Positions 10,816 through 24,579 are shown, counted from the stretch's first letter. The stretch: 64,000 nucleotides of DNA from Octopus sinensis (GCF_006345805.1 NC_043003.1:10354001-10418000); one strand, 5' to 3'. Numbers and translations are program-made. Notes: generated from the letters alone by a model not told the origin.

Positions 10816-11479
10816 ATGCTTACATAACTTGGACAAAAATTAGCTAACTTTTGTTATCTGTTTATTCTCTCATCAATCGCATTCTTTACATAGATGTGTT
10901 TGTATACGAAATGTCGTAACAAACATTGCTGGATTTTAATTCTATGTAAAATAGAGAAATGAAAACTTCGCACTGCTAACACAAAAGCAAGACACAATTT
11001 TGACTTGAGAACCTTCAATGTACTTGGCAGTATATAATGTTTGCAAAATGAAATACTTTGTCCTTGTCGGCAGTTAATATTTACATACCAGGAATGTGTT
11101 TAATATGCAACTTAGTGTATCCTTTAGAGTTACACCGCTAAACATAGTGATTATTTAAGCAATGCGTTCGTGGATAGTTGAAGGGTTAGATTTGGTGCTG
11201 ATGAAATATCAACATCTCCTGAAATATGTATATACATCCATTTCCGATTCTTTTCTATCTTCGATCGCATTGTTTACATAGACATATTCATATACGAAAC
11301 CTCTTAACTTACAGTGCTGGCTCTGAACTCAATAGAGAATCTATAGAGAGAAACTGAATATATCTATTTTTAAAGCAAATGAAATAACTTCTTTAGGAAT
11401 TTCACTTGCACACAGCCGCGTCTACACTATACTGTCGTCAATAGAAGCATTATATGATGCGGTTTGAAGCTCATTATAC

Positions 11480-11591
11480 CTTAAAGTATGCATCTGAACA
11501 AAGCCATGACCCGTCGGAAAAGATCTGGAGTTCACCACCATAGCAACAGCATGTATTAAATTCAAATTTGCGTCTTAACCTTTTCTTAAAA
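11480..11591 (-). CDS. Candidate internal exon (FKKRLRRKFEFNTCCCYGGELQIFSDGSWLCSDAYFK)
   Basis: 112 nt open frame, acceptor aattggtcag| and donor AAG|gtataa. No homolog recognised. Confidence 0.25.
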
Positions 11592-12249
11592 CTGACCAAT
11601 TCAAATATAATTCATTAAAAACTTTGTTTTTAATTATCTTACACGTTTATAAACAGAATCGATAGAACATGGTGGCATCAGTAAAGAATAGAAAATTGTG
11701 TGGTATTTAACGAGGTTCTGTGTTCATATCCTCACCAGGTTAGATTTTGCTTTTCACCCTTCTTGCATCGATGACATAACGGCAAACCAATCACTAGAAT
11801 AGTAAATCGATTATATCTTTCTTTAAAATATTTTTGGTCTCCCTGTATACGCAACTGGTATAGTATTAAATTATTATAGCCATTCAAGTATCCCCACGTC
11901 ACTGAGAGATGTTATGTCAGAACAATTACCTCAGTATTTGGCCAATCAACAGTGTACATATATTGAGTGGCTATTTCTAGTCGTGTGCTTATGTTAGAAA
12001 CCAATGACTGATAAATCAATTGAATAATAATTCACAGTTTTGATGGTGAAGGCGATTCAATGTGGAATGTACTGATAATATCAATTGCATTCGATGTGTT
12101 CTGAACGATTTGTCGGACACATAAGAAAGGAAAGTCCTGTTGCAGTTTTGACATAACTAATTTGAGGGCACCGTGTCAATACTCAAAGTAAAATAAGTAT
12201 TAATTTTTAAATTTGTATGTGAAGATTTTTAGATTTTATTAATTGTGAA

Positions 12250-12510
12250 GGTGGAGGCACGTGACCTAGTAATTAGAGCAGCGGGCTCGCGGTCGAGAAA
12301 TCTCAGATTCTAATCTCAGACCGGGTGATGTGTGTGTTCATGAGTGAAACACTTAAGCTCCACGTTGATCCAGCAGAAGGTAATGGCGAACTTCTGCTGA
12401 CTCTTTCGCCACAACTTTCTCTCATTCTTTCCTCCTGCATCTAGCAGCTCACCTGCGACGGACCGGCGTCCCGTCCAGGTGGGTAACTTATACACCAAGG
12501 AAACCGAGGA
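12250..12510 (+). mobile_element. SINE family S3 (subfamily shared with 50710)
   Basis: tRNA head plus GGTAATGGCGAACTTCTGCTGACTCTTTCGCCACAACTTTCTC, as in the 50710 copy. Confidence 0.85.
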
Positions 12511-13351
12511 ACATCCGGGGATTCAACAATTTGCCAAATAGTGGGATTATTTTATAAATATTGAGGGAAAATATTATCTTGGGTTTGGCACCGGGCCAGT
12601 AATTTTGAGGTAGGTGGAATCGAACTCAAAAGGTAAGGGCAGGTGAAATGCCGCTTAGCATTTTGCCCGACATGCTAACAGTTTTGCCAGCTTGCCGCTT
12701 TATTTTGAGTAAATGTATTAATTTCAAATTTTGGGATAATTTCGGAGGAGGGGATTAGGGGATTACATCAGTCCCAGTGTATAACTTGTACTTATTTTAT
12801 TGACCCCTAAAGGGATTAAAGGTAAAGTAGGCCTCGGCGGAATTTGAACTTGGAACGTAAAGTCGGGCCAAATGCCGCTAAGCGTTTTGCCCTGAGTAAA
12901 TATCTGAAGACCAAAGAAGCATTTCTTTCCATCTTAAAATGCGACACGAATTTTTCTACCCCAATGCATTGATAATTTGCAGATTAATATCATGTCAGTG
13001 AGTCGTAATAAGAAGATAGTTGATCGTTTAATGATATTAATGATCTTAGACAAATAATAAACAACCCGATACTATAAATTTAAGCGTGAACTGACTCATT
13101 AATATAACAGACACAGACAAATGGTGATAAATCGAATGGTGGGGAAAATGTTCGTGTGCGCTGCTTCTTTTCTTTTCTTTCTTTTTTTTTTCTTTTACGA
13201 GTGCGGAAGATGACAACTAAGTTGTCAAATGATAAAATACTTTATCGGCCGTTTGAAATGTCTCAGTTGTTGTTAATAAGATTTTAATTTTTCGCGCTGT
13301 TAACCCTACCAAAGCAAAGAAACAGACGTTCTATGGATGTCTCCAAAGCTA

Positions 13352-13859
13352 CCGTAAATCCTCGAATATAATCCGCATTCTTTCCTAAAATTTAAAGGTC
13401 AAAATCCCTAGTGCGTACTATATACGAGGTTAAAAATGAAAATTATTTTCTAAGCAATGTCCGAGTCTCTATTTGCTGTCCGACAATGTTTATTCAGACG
13501 CATTTTGTGATGTCGGGAGCGAAAATACCTTAAGCTAAGCCAGAAAGCAATGAAGTCATAAAAGAATCATCCATAACTTGCAGTAAGCAACATTTATTAA
13601 ACGTTATTACTGTTATTTCTTTATTTTATGCAAACAAAATGCACAAAAAAGCTACACGTTTGTATTATGTTATATATACAATAATAATAAAGGACGTTAC
13701 CGTATACATTTTTACAAACCAAGGACGTTATATAGACCTTGACTCAAGTTAGAGAAGGGGTGCGTATTATACACAAGGTTTAGGTTTTTCAGAAGTACAG
13801 CCCTCTAAAAATCCCCTGCGTATTATACTCAAGGACGGACTATACTCGAGGATTTACGG
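13352..13859. mobile_element. pogo/Tigger-like non-autonomous DNA transposon (MITE), 508 bp
   Basis: TIRs CCGTAAATCCTCGA(A/G)TATA(A/G)TCCG flanked by TA at 13350-13351 and 13860-13861. Confidence 0.85.
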
Positions 13860-14649
13860 TAATTTTCTCTCCATTCATACGAAGTGTTTTGCTTCTTAAA
13901 ATGTTTAATTTAGTTTAATTTATTTGCCTTGGATGAGGAGAGGATTTCTAAAAACAATAAAATGGCTCTATACATAGTCACCTATAACTAGAAATTTTAA
14001 GATCTTTGTAATGAGTAAAACAAATTAAATATGCATATTCAACGTATAGTCGTTGCATTTTCTTCCTTGCTCTTCAATTTAAAATTTAAACTAATTCCGC
14101 CATGTTTGAGCTATTAAAGATTGCCCCCTTTATAATAACTAACCACAACGGTGCACCACGTGATAAAACTTAGATAGTTTTGAAAACTACTATACGTCAT
14201 TGTTCTAATGAATAAGAACATTATTGGTCTAAGTTTAAAAATTAATGTTTCCAGCTCAAATCCAACCTGAATTGTCTACACATCAAGGAAATTAATCTGA
14301 TGATAATATTGTGCCAAGCAATTCGTAATGTATAAATGTAAATAGGGTAAATCATCCTAAAGTCTCTCTCTGTCTGTCTGTCTCTCTTCACACATATATA
14401 CACACACAAAATATAGGTGTGTGTGTGGTGTGTGTTTGTCTGTGTATATATATATACAGGGAGAAAGAGAGATAGATACATAGAAACACTCATACATACA
14501 TTATTAAAAACGAATGCGATTTCAACCACGCCACTGAGCTGTCATGTGTTAGAAAAAGCTAAATATTGACTTCACTGGATTTCAATTTTGCCGTGCGTAA
14601 ATATGTCTTTACGGTATTTGTACGTTCTCCCAACAAAGGATATTTGTAT

Positions 14650-15637
14650 GTCTCTGTGTGTAGAACGTATATATTTCTACAGTTTTCAACCGATTTTCCC
14701 CACACTTTAGACATACATTATTTTTGTGCCAAGGCTGGTCATGCACAGCTCCCACTTTAAACGATGTTTTGCAAGGGATTTTTTCTAAAAACTTCTGCAG
14801 TTTTTAACCAATTGTCACCGTTTTCTCTCTCTAAATACATAAAGCAGATGTACATGAAGTATGGCTATTGCTAGTGATAGTAGACGGTAAGTTTACGGCG
14901 CTATGTAGAGCGTATGTAAATTTACTTTTGCCATATCTGTATTTTCTAATTGAAGCATCTCAACTCTGAGAAAATGCCACCTAAGAAAAGAGTCCGTGTT
15001 GCTCGCAAAACCGCCACAGCAGAAACATCGGAGAGAAGAAGAGCAAGTGAATCCTCACACGAGGCTGCACGAAAACATTCACAAATTGCTGCTTGTACAG
15101 CTACCGCAAGAGTCATGGCGAGCGAGAAGGATCGTAGCAGACGCCAGATAAGAAATACTTCATTACCAGTTTCAGTAGGCGCTAATCCGAGTCAGTCACA
15201 GCGCATTATTTGTCGTAGAAGGGATGCTACAGCAACTGCTGCTGCGGAACTACAAAGAACGAAGAACAGTGCGTCATTCGCCATGCCAAGTATGCTACAG
15301 CAACTGAAGCTGAGCGAACTGCAGAGAACGAAGGACAGCGCGCCATTCGCCAATCCAAAAATGCTACATCTGCTGCTTCGCGAACTACAGAGAACGAAGA
15401 ACAACGCGCCATTCGCCATGCCAGGAATGCTACAGCATCTGCTGCTTGGCAAGGTGCAGAGTACGAATACCACGCGCCATTCGCCAGAAGGGCCATGTTG
15501 AAAACCTGGTATTTTACCCTATTTTTGAGGTTGTGATATATTTCAAAAATCTTTTGGTACGTTTTGTCATGGAATTCTGTACATTTTTCAAAAACGCTCA
15601 GGCAAAATGTCTTTGGCTACCCTGGCCGTTCGACTAG
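14650..15637 (+). mobile_element. Helitron derivative retaining the Rep/Hel N-terminal repeat region
   Basis: ORF from about 14975 (MPPKKRVRVAR...ESSHEAAR); ~69-bp tandem repeats at 15240-15490 read ENEEQRAIRHARNATASAA in the shifted frame; 3' end GGCTACCCTGGCCGTTCGACTAG. The 5' boundary is approximate. Confidence 0.65.
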
Positions 15638-15644
15638 AAAATAT

Positions 15645-16765
15645 GTATTCTTAGAATGATGAAGCGTTCGCACCTTGAACCAGGCCGGGTACCTCTGCTA
15701 TATATAAAGCAGTACGTACACGACACGAAGTATGATCATTGCTAGAAATAGCAGCCCATAAATTTGGAGTCCTTGGCACTATGCAGTGGCGCCCAGCTCT
15801 GGCATTTGTGTAACTCTCGATGCCAAAGTTTGGGATAATTCTTTCTAGGATCTTCCAGATGTATATTATGGCATATCTTTCTCGCCTACGCTCTAAGGAA
15901 TAGAGTCTTAATCTCTTGAGTCTCTCCCTGTAGCTTATATGCTGCACAGAGGCTATCTTCTTCGTGTAGCTTCGTTGGATCGCCTCAAGTTCTGTGATTA
16001 ACTTGACACTGGATGGTGACCATAGCTGAGCAATAGTCAAAGTGGCTTAAGACAAGTGTCCTCCAGAGGACCATCATGGTTTCCTGGTCTCTTGTTCTAA
16101 AGGTTCTGAGAATCCATCGGTCAGCCGCCTACATTTCATTGCCAATTTAGCAGCATGCACATGAAAGGTGGCACCTTCACTCATGTGAATACCCAGGTTT
16201 CGCACTGATTGTGCCTCTGGGATTGCAATCCCTCCAGGTCCAGTGTATTTATTGGGTATTGCATTTAGTTTTGCATGCTGATAGCATAAAGATTGAAACT
16301 TTTCAGCATTGAACTGCATGCTATTCTTTTCAGCCCACTTGTATATTTTGTCCAGCTCACATTGCAGGTGCTTAGTGCCTTCAGGGTTCTGTATTGCCTG
16401 TGAAACTTTTGTATCATCTGCATAACTTGTGATCGTGGCTCTCTGCGTGGCTGAGGGCATGTCTGAGAGGGCCATTATGAACAGTAGTCGTCCCAAAACA
16501 GTGACTTGGCTACTACTACCTAACTTCTATCCTTCAGAAAGACATAAAGCCATTCTCCCAATTTTCCAGCTATACCAGGATCACGCAGTTTGTGACATGT
16601 CATTCCATGATTGACTTTATCAAAGGCCTTTGCAAAGTCGAGATATATGACTTCCATATTTGAGTGGTTGAGCAGTCGTTTCAGCACCCAGTCATAATGT
16701 TGTAGGAGCTGAGTTAAGCAGCTTCTTCCTGGTCGGAAACCATGTTGGGTGTCAGGCAGCAAGTC
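15645..16765 (-). mobile_element. CR1-clade LINE, 5'-truncated RT remnant
   Basis: QHGFRPGRSCLTQLL...VIYLDFAKAFDKV; SYADDTKV; SYRERLKRLRLYSLERRRERY; frameshifted. Confidence 0.95.
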
Positions 16766-16797
16766 ATTTATGTATATTAATATGTATATTAATATAT

Positions 16798-16832
<35 letters not shown>

Positions 16833-17083
16833 ATATATATATATAAATATATATATATGCAGATATGTTTATACACACATACACACACACATATATATAT
16901 GTATATATATATATATACATCCATATATATATCCATATATATACATCAATATATATATACATGTATTACATATATATATACATATAAGTATATACTACAC
17001 ACATATATATAAGGATTAAATACATATATATATATATATGCTGATATGTCTATACACGCACCACACATACACACACATATATA

Positions 17084-17147
<64 letters not shown>

Positions 17148-17179
17148 CACATCCATATATATATATATTATATATATAC

Positions 17180-17387
17180 CTTTTCAAAATGTGACCTCGT
17201 GTACCGTTTGCGATTTTTTCCTCTGTCTTCCCTTCTCTTGGTCTTTCCTTCTCTTATGTTTCCGACGAAGAGCTCCGCTCGAAACGTTAAACCCTCCTTC
17301 TTTCCTTCTTTCCTGACCGTCCATAATACTATATTTGTTCCACGTCCTCGCGTTGTTGTGTTTTTTTTTGTGCTTTCTTGTTTGGAT

Positions 17388-17392
<5 letters not shown>
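17180..17392 (+). mobile_element. Short PLE-type terminal element, family A, inserted in (TA)n
   Basis: About 210 bp between two (TA)n arrays; homologous to 7640-7825 and 59985-60190. Confidence 0.75.
17258..17292 (+). ncRNA. Minimal type-I hammerhead motif, family A
   Basis: GUUU-CCGACGA-A-GAGC-UCC-GCUC-GAAAC-GUU/AAAC. Confidence 0.7.
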
Positions 17393-17434
<42 letters not shown>

Positions 17435-17446
17435 TATATACATACA

Positions 17447-17479
<33 letters not shown>

Positions 17480-17608
17480 GTACATATATATTATATACAC
17501 ATATATATAATATATATATACATATATATATGCATTTATGTTTATATATATACACATGCAGACATGTTTAAATATATACACAACATACACACACACAACA
17601 CACACACA

Positions 17609-17692
<84 letters not shown>

Positions 17693-18318
17693 GCGCGTAA
17701 AGGGGGAAACAACTATGCTTTCAAGCGCGATACATTAAAAACCTGTCCATGTTTTTTAATAGAGGATATATTTTTTTTAAAAAATATGTTATTAATTTTT
17801 ATTTTATATTCAGTTTCGGAGATTAACATTTCTAGATCCATTAGCAAGACTCTTCGAAACATTCCCCGTTTAATTTCCAACGAAACTCTTGTACAAATGT
17901 AATGTTTTTGTGGAAACTTCTTTAATAACGAAATAGAAACCGAAATTAAAATGACAGATACATCACGCATAAAACATATATCGTGATCTACCAGGATTTA
18001 CCGTTAGATAACTTTTAATCCGGCATCTGTGCTTTATCAGTTATATTTATACATATGTAAACACAACATACATATATGTGTGCGAATAAATATATATGAG
18101 TGTGTGTGTGTATGTATATGTGTATTATATACATATATATAAGTGCTTTTATATAAACTTTTTTCTCTGTGTTACACAGAGACACATACACACATATATA
18201 TATACATACATACATACATGCATGCATACATGCATACATACATACATACATACATACATGCATGCATACATACATACATACATACATACATACATACATA
18301 CATACATACATACATACA

Positions 18319-18352
<34 letters not shown>

Positions 18353-18420
18353 CCGCTATAATAGACGACTAGCTCCAAAAGCTTTTTTTTAATTTTCTCT
18401 CCGTTTTTTTCCTCGTGTTC

Positions 18421-18456
18421 CTTTCTGTTGAAGAGCATAGGCTCGAAACATAAAAG
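18421..18456 (+). ncRNA. Minimal type-I hammerhead motif, family B
   Basis: CUUU-CUGUUGA-A-GAGC-AUAG-GCUC-GAAAC-AUA/AAAG, within the 18365-18545 element. Confidence 0.65.
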
Positions 18457-18544
18457 ACTTTCTCACCTTCCTGAGCATTAAATGAATACACGTGTTTGTT
18501 GTTTATACACCTGTCTTCGTCTTTTGTTTTTCTGTAAATATTCT

Positions 18545-19330
18545 ATTTAACGTAGCCAGAAAAGCCTGAGTAATTGCCTCTAACCCTAAAATTCAGAATA
18601 ATAGACTCTTAGAATTAAAACAGTCACTGCTTGAAAGAGTGTGCTCGTCTGTTCTAATAGAGACTGGGATAGAACGCACCAAAGCAATAGATCCTAAAAA
18701 ATTTCGAAAGGTCACAAACAGTTCAGATACAAAGAGGACGCTATTTTTAATTACAACGAACTACCCAAAAAACAGATACATTCAGCAGCATCCATGAAAA
18801 TATAACGTTATTGAGCCAAGAGACAAGAATGAAAGATGAACTTGAAATAGACAAAATAATCAAATGCAAATGACAACCAAAATCCCTGAAAAATCTACTT
18901 AAAAACACAAAACTAGCACCAACAGTCTCAACTCCAAAAGCTAAAAAGTGTGGCTGTTCTAATTACGAAACTTGTTCCAACCTTATTGTGGACATATATA
19001 AATTTAAGTCGGGACTAGATTTTAATGCAAAAACCCAACTTTCTTGTTATTCCAAAATATTAAATATATGCCTTCAAATGCAGTGCATGCAGCGAAAATT
19101 ACATCGGACAAACCAAAATCACCTTAAGAATGAGATTTGCGATGCATTGACAACAAAAACGAGATCCTAGCAATAGACAAATTCCACAAACTGAACATTT
19201 GGACATAACCACAACAACCAAGATTTCCCAAATTCCTAGTCTTCCCAGACGATATCACAGACCACACATATATATAAATAAAAAATTGTTTATTAAAAAA
19301 TACAACCAAGGGCTGAACAGGCTAGGACAA
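18545..19330 (+). mobile_element. Penelope-like element remnant (RT C-terminus plus GIY-YIG)
   Basis: Degraded KCSACSENYIGQTKITLRMRFAMH at about 19075-19150, preceded by a Cys-rich linker (KKCGCSNYETC). Confidence 0.75.
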
Positions 19331-19739
19331 CAACAATAATATGAGAATTACTATGCACTATGAATGCTGTCCATGGCTGTATAAGCTCTCGTTTAAGTGC
19401 AGTAATTAGACTTTAATTTTAGATATATCAATCTTCAGTTACCTTCATTACATTTTCACTAAGGCCTCTTTATCTTTCTTTAATTGGAGATGGGTGTTTG
19501 TTATTTTGTATACTCAAACACATACGCACACGTGTCCATACTCTCTACACACCTTTCTCTGTCTCACTTTCTTCCTTAGTCATCTTCATCTTCTCTATTT
19601 ATATTTCATCTGTAAATACAACACATTTAAATAGATGTTGTGAAAATGAAGTAAACAAATAATTATTTTTCTATTCGCATCATATTTTTCAGCAATTGTT
19701 TACTGTAATTATTCATAACAGTTATGCACTTCAAACAGT

Positions 19740-20160
19740 CTCTTTTACTCTCTTTTACTCTTTTACTTGTTTCAGTCATTTGACTGCGGCCATGCTGGAG
19801 CACCGCCTTTAGTCGAGCAAATCGACTCCAGGACTTATTCTTTGTAAGCCGAGTACTTATTCTATCAGTGTCTTTTGCCGAACAGCTAAGTTACGGGGAC
19901 GTAAGCACACCACCATCGGTTGTCAAGCGATGTCGGAGGGACAAACACAGACACACAAATATACACACACACAGATATATATATACATATATACGACGAC
20001 GAGCTTCTTTCAGTTTCCGTCTACCGAATCCACTCACAAGGCTTTGGTCGGCCCGAGGCTATAGTAGAAGACACTTGCCCAAGGTGCCACGCAGTGGGAC
20101 TAAACCCGGAACCATGTGGTTGGTAAGCAAGCTACTTACCACACAGCCACTCCTGCGCCT
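19740..20160 (-). mobile_element. SINE family S1, full length
   Basis: Close to the family consensus. Confidence 0.92.
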
Positions 20161-20221
20161 TTAAAAAATTTCTTTTTCAACCGTTTGTCGCTACATTTTG
20201 ATAAGAAAGACTGAATCATTT

Positions 20222-20366
20222 TGTTATGTCTCGCATTATGACAACGCATTTCGTCGCCTCTGCGGGGCTGGCCCGAACAGCGTACCTCGCTGACAATGAC
20301 TGTGTCAGTCCACTATTTATAAATAGTGGACAGCCCGCTTCTCGCCTGGGAGCGTCCGCCACAACA
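20222..20366. mobile_element. Solo-LTR-like 145-bp unit with a 24-bp perfect palindrome
   Basis: Ends TGTT...AACA; flanks CATTT/AATTT (4/5 match); CpG-rich; GTCCACTATTTATAAATAGTGGAC at 20308-20331. Confidence 0.45.
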
Positions 20367-20424
20367 AATTTACAAAAACAGTGTACGCTGCAGAAAGAGT
20401 CATCGCTAAATGGGGAAGGAAGCA

Positions 20425-20798
20425 CTCCGTCAGTTACGACGACGAGGGTTCCGGTTGATCCGAATCAACGGAACAGCCTGCTCGTGAAATTAACGTGTAA
20501 GTTGCTGAGCACTCCACAGACACGTGTACACTCAACGTAGTTCTCAGGGATATTCAGCGTGACACAGAGAGTGACTAGGCCGGCCCTTTGAAATACAGGT
20601 ACAACAGAAACAGGAAGTAAGAGTGAGAGAAAGTTGTGGTGAAAGAGTACAACAGGGATCACCACCATCCCCTGCCGGAGCCTCTTGGAGCTTAGGTGTT
20701 TTCGCTCAATAAACACTCACAACGCCCGGTCTGGGAATCGAAACCACGACCTTATGACCGCGAGTCCGCTGCCCTAACCACTGGGCCATTGCGCCTCC
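20425..20798 (-). mobile_element. SINE family S3, full length
   Basis: Head on the minus strand at 20798; homologous to 29190-29566. Confidence 0.9.
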
Positions 20799-21195
20799 CA
20801 TCGCTAAATAAGATAATAGCTGCTCACCCAGCTATTGGTCACAACCAAATGGCTGGCACAGACCTAAATTCCAAGCCAACTCTCACCTTTCCTAGCTATT
20901 TTTCTGCCTATCGTTTAAACTAAAGCTATGACGTGATCTTACTGCACGGATGTCTGGTTTTCATTATAGAAAAAAAACGATTTTAAGAACAACGGCCACG
21001 AAGGAAACAATGTGTCATACCACTTCATATTTCTCATAATGTACAGGTTTGAACACCAACATAATGAAACCGGTTAAATGTATGTATGTATGTATGTATG
21101 TATGTAAGTATGTATGTATGTATATATATATAATATTATGTATGTATGTATGTACACTTTTGAAAATCAACATAATCAAACCGGTTAAATGTATG

Positions 21196-21258
<63 letters not shown>

Positions 21259-21385
21259 GTGTGTGTGTGTATGTGTGTATATGTGTGTGTTTGTATGTAT
21301 GTATATGTGTATACGCATATATATATATCTATATATGTATATGTAACTATAAAAATATATATATATATATACATACATACATATA

Positions 21386-21592
21386 TATATAAAGGGAAAG
21401 TTTACGAAAATAAACAAAAGACGAAGGCAGGTGGTGTACAAACAAACAGATGTATTAGTATAGCGCTCAAGAATAGAAAAAAGTCTTTTACGTTTCGAGC
21501 CTACGCTCTTCTACAGAAAGGGACACAGAAAAAACAAGGAGAGAAACAAGGAGAGAAAAAAATGTGTGTAGTAGCTAACGATCTATCATGGC
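21386..21592 (-). mobile_element. Short PLE-type terminal element, family B
   Basis: Reverse complement of 18365-18545; in a (TA)n context. Confidence 0.75.
21485..21520 (-). ncRNA. Minimal type-I hammerhead motif, family B
   Basis: CUUU-CUGUAGA-A-GAGC-GUAG-GCUC-GAAAC-GUA/AAAG; only A6 differs from the canonical core. Confidence 0.72.
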
Positions 21593-21833
21593 GTATATAT
21601 GTACATCTATATATACATATACAAGTAAGTCTGATTACTTCATTTTGTGAGTTTATCTCACTATGGAAAAGTGTTTTACCTTGCTCCCTCGCTTTCCGTC
21701 AATTCACGAGATTAGTGCTCTGTGTGGCTTTTTCAAGTCGTTTTAACTCTTATTTATAGCAATTGCTGGGACAAATCTGTTCCCGTGTATATTAACTTTC
21801 TTTTGCGTTTTAATTGCCAACGAGCCACCTATA

Positions 21834-21899
<66 letters not shown>

Positions 21900-21912
21900 T
21901 ATATATACATAC

Positions 21913-21992
<80 letters not shown>

Positions 21993-22802
21993 TATATATA
22001 TATATATATATTATATATATATATATATTATATATATATATTATATAATATATATATAATATATATATATATATAGAGGGATCTTCAGATTTTTCTATAT
22101 GCTAGACCACTATTTTAACTTGTTACTAATCAAATTAATATTCAATTTTTCACCCTTATTATTATAAATTAATATATATATATATACATATATAAATATA
22201 TATATAAATACGCACATACACATACATATATATACATGAATAGTCACATTTATTAAAACGTATACTCACGCACGCGCCCTCACAGACACAAACACATAAT
22301 ATTTATGATTGGAATATTGTGTACAAGTGTGACTATGTATGTGTATGTATGTGTATGTATGTGTCTGTGTCTGCGCGCTAACATATATGTGTGCACGTTT
22401 GATTTTGAAGATTTAATTTTGTGCATAGATAAATGTATGCGTGTATATGTACGAGTGGTTGTGTTTATTTGTCTGTGTGAGTACGTGAAAATGCAAGAAG
22501 CAAACAAACGAGATGAAAGATAAACAGTGAAATATTTAGTTAAGTTAATGCTATTAACACAAGGCAATAAATTAACTTTAGACCTACCATCGAGTTGCGA
22601 GGCGTTAAAATGGCCAGCTGTAATACGTTTCCCTCGCAAAGTAATTAAGTCTAAACCTGATAGTAATCCATTACCATGTTGTCATGTCACAGTAAACAGA
22701 TGTTGGAAATAGTGAAAATTGTGTAATGTATGTGTGTGTGTGTGTATATATATATATACATATATATGTGTGTGTATGCATATATATATATTATATATAG
22801 TA

Positions 22803-22866
<64 letters not shown>

Positions 22867-23033
22867 ATATGGGTATGTATATATATATAGGTATATATAT
22901 ATGTATATATATATATGTATACATACATAATATATATATATATGTATGTATATAGTGTGTGTATGATATATGCATGTATATGCATAATGTGTGTGTTTGC
23001 GTGTGCATGTGTGTGCATATAGTATGTATATAC

Positions 23034-23113
<80 letters not shown>

Positions 23114-23142
23114 TGTATGTGCGTGTGTAAATATATGTATGC

Positions 23143-23205
<63 letters not shown>

Positions 23206-24579
23206 TGTACACATGTATCTATTTATGCATGTACGTATGCGTGTATGTGTGTGTGCGTGTAAATATGTATATACAGATATATGTGTGCGTAAGTGTATAT
23301 ATAAGTATATACATGTATATTAAGATGGCGATATATTTGATCATCTTTGATGTTTTGAAAATTACATATTATACATATTATTGAATATATTATTGGTTAC
23401 CTCATAAAATACTTATTAATTTGTGAGGAGCTTGATACGGGACTATGTCAGAAAACTGTGGCCGACCTGCAATATACTGCGTAACGAAAAGAAATATTAA
23501 CTGACATCGAATATTGGCAGAGAGGTTGCAAAATTGAAAAGCAATACTATAAATGAGCTTTTTTTCTTTTTTATTCTGAGGCAGATAATTAATCGTATCT
23601 CCACTTATGCAAATATACCTGTGCATATATATGTATGTATATACATACAAATGTGTATATATATATATATAAATATATATATATATAAAGTAAGATAGGG
23701 GTTATGGGTGTAACCCACTATGGGATATCATTTATCCAATATACTGTTGGTAAAGTACCCAAATTCTTAATACATAAATGTTTTTAATTGATTGATATAT
23801 ATAATATTTTTGTATGCTCTTGATGTTCTAATTTGCAAAATGAATAAATAATCCAACATTATAATATCTGTAAGTTGATGAACAAACTAAATTTGTTTCT
23901 CCATTTTCTTATTTGTATTATATATATATATATTATGTGTGCATGTATGTATGTATATATGATGTATTTATTACGTTGTGACGTAAAAGTAGGTTTCATA
24001 TATTTAAAATTAATAAAGATATTGATTTTTGATATGTGGATAAGTCTGAATATTTTCCGATATTGTCGCTAGAATTATACTGCATTGATCAATTGCCAGA
24101 ATCGAAGAGCTCCAGGCAAATTCCATGCGATATGTTTCACCAATTTCTATTCTTTACTTCAATGGCGCCAAAGCCGTGTTCTTCTTTTGATCCTTCCTTC
24201 ATGCAAAATAGTTGTCGAATACTGAAGATGATGACCTTTCTGAAATCGTCTCAAGTATTTGACCTCCTAGAAACACCGCCCCCCCCCCCGTCTTCGTTTA
24301 CTATTTGCCTGGCGATGTTGATTGAAACAGTCAGATGGAAAACGTACGGCATGAGCTTCACAGCTTGCGTAGGACCCACGCGGTTGTAGCCAGAAACTTT
24401 GTCTTCGAGACTCAACAAATTAAATAACGTACACAGGCACGCACACACACACACGCGCGCGCGCACACACACACACACACACAAACGATCACACACTCAT
24501 ATACATACATATATACATATATATGCATTTATACATATATATGTATGCTCACACATGCATATACATACATACACATATA

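Noticed and set aside
11263-11322. Plus-frame IRNLLTYSAG resembling the serine beta-lactamase motif (IR.LLTH.SG)
   Set aside because: A single short motif with no SxxK context; the substitution pattern favours the minus frame.
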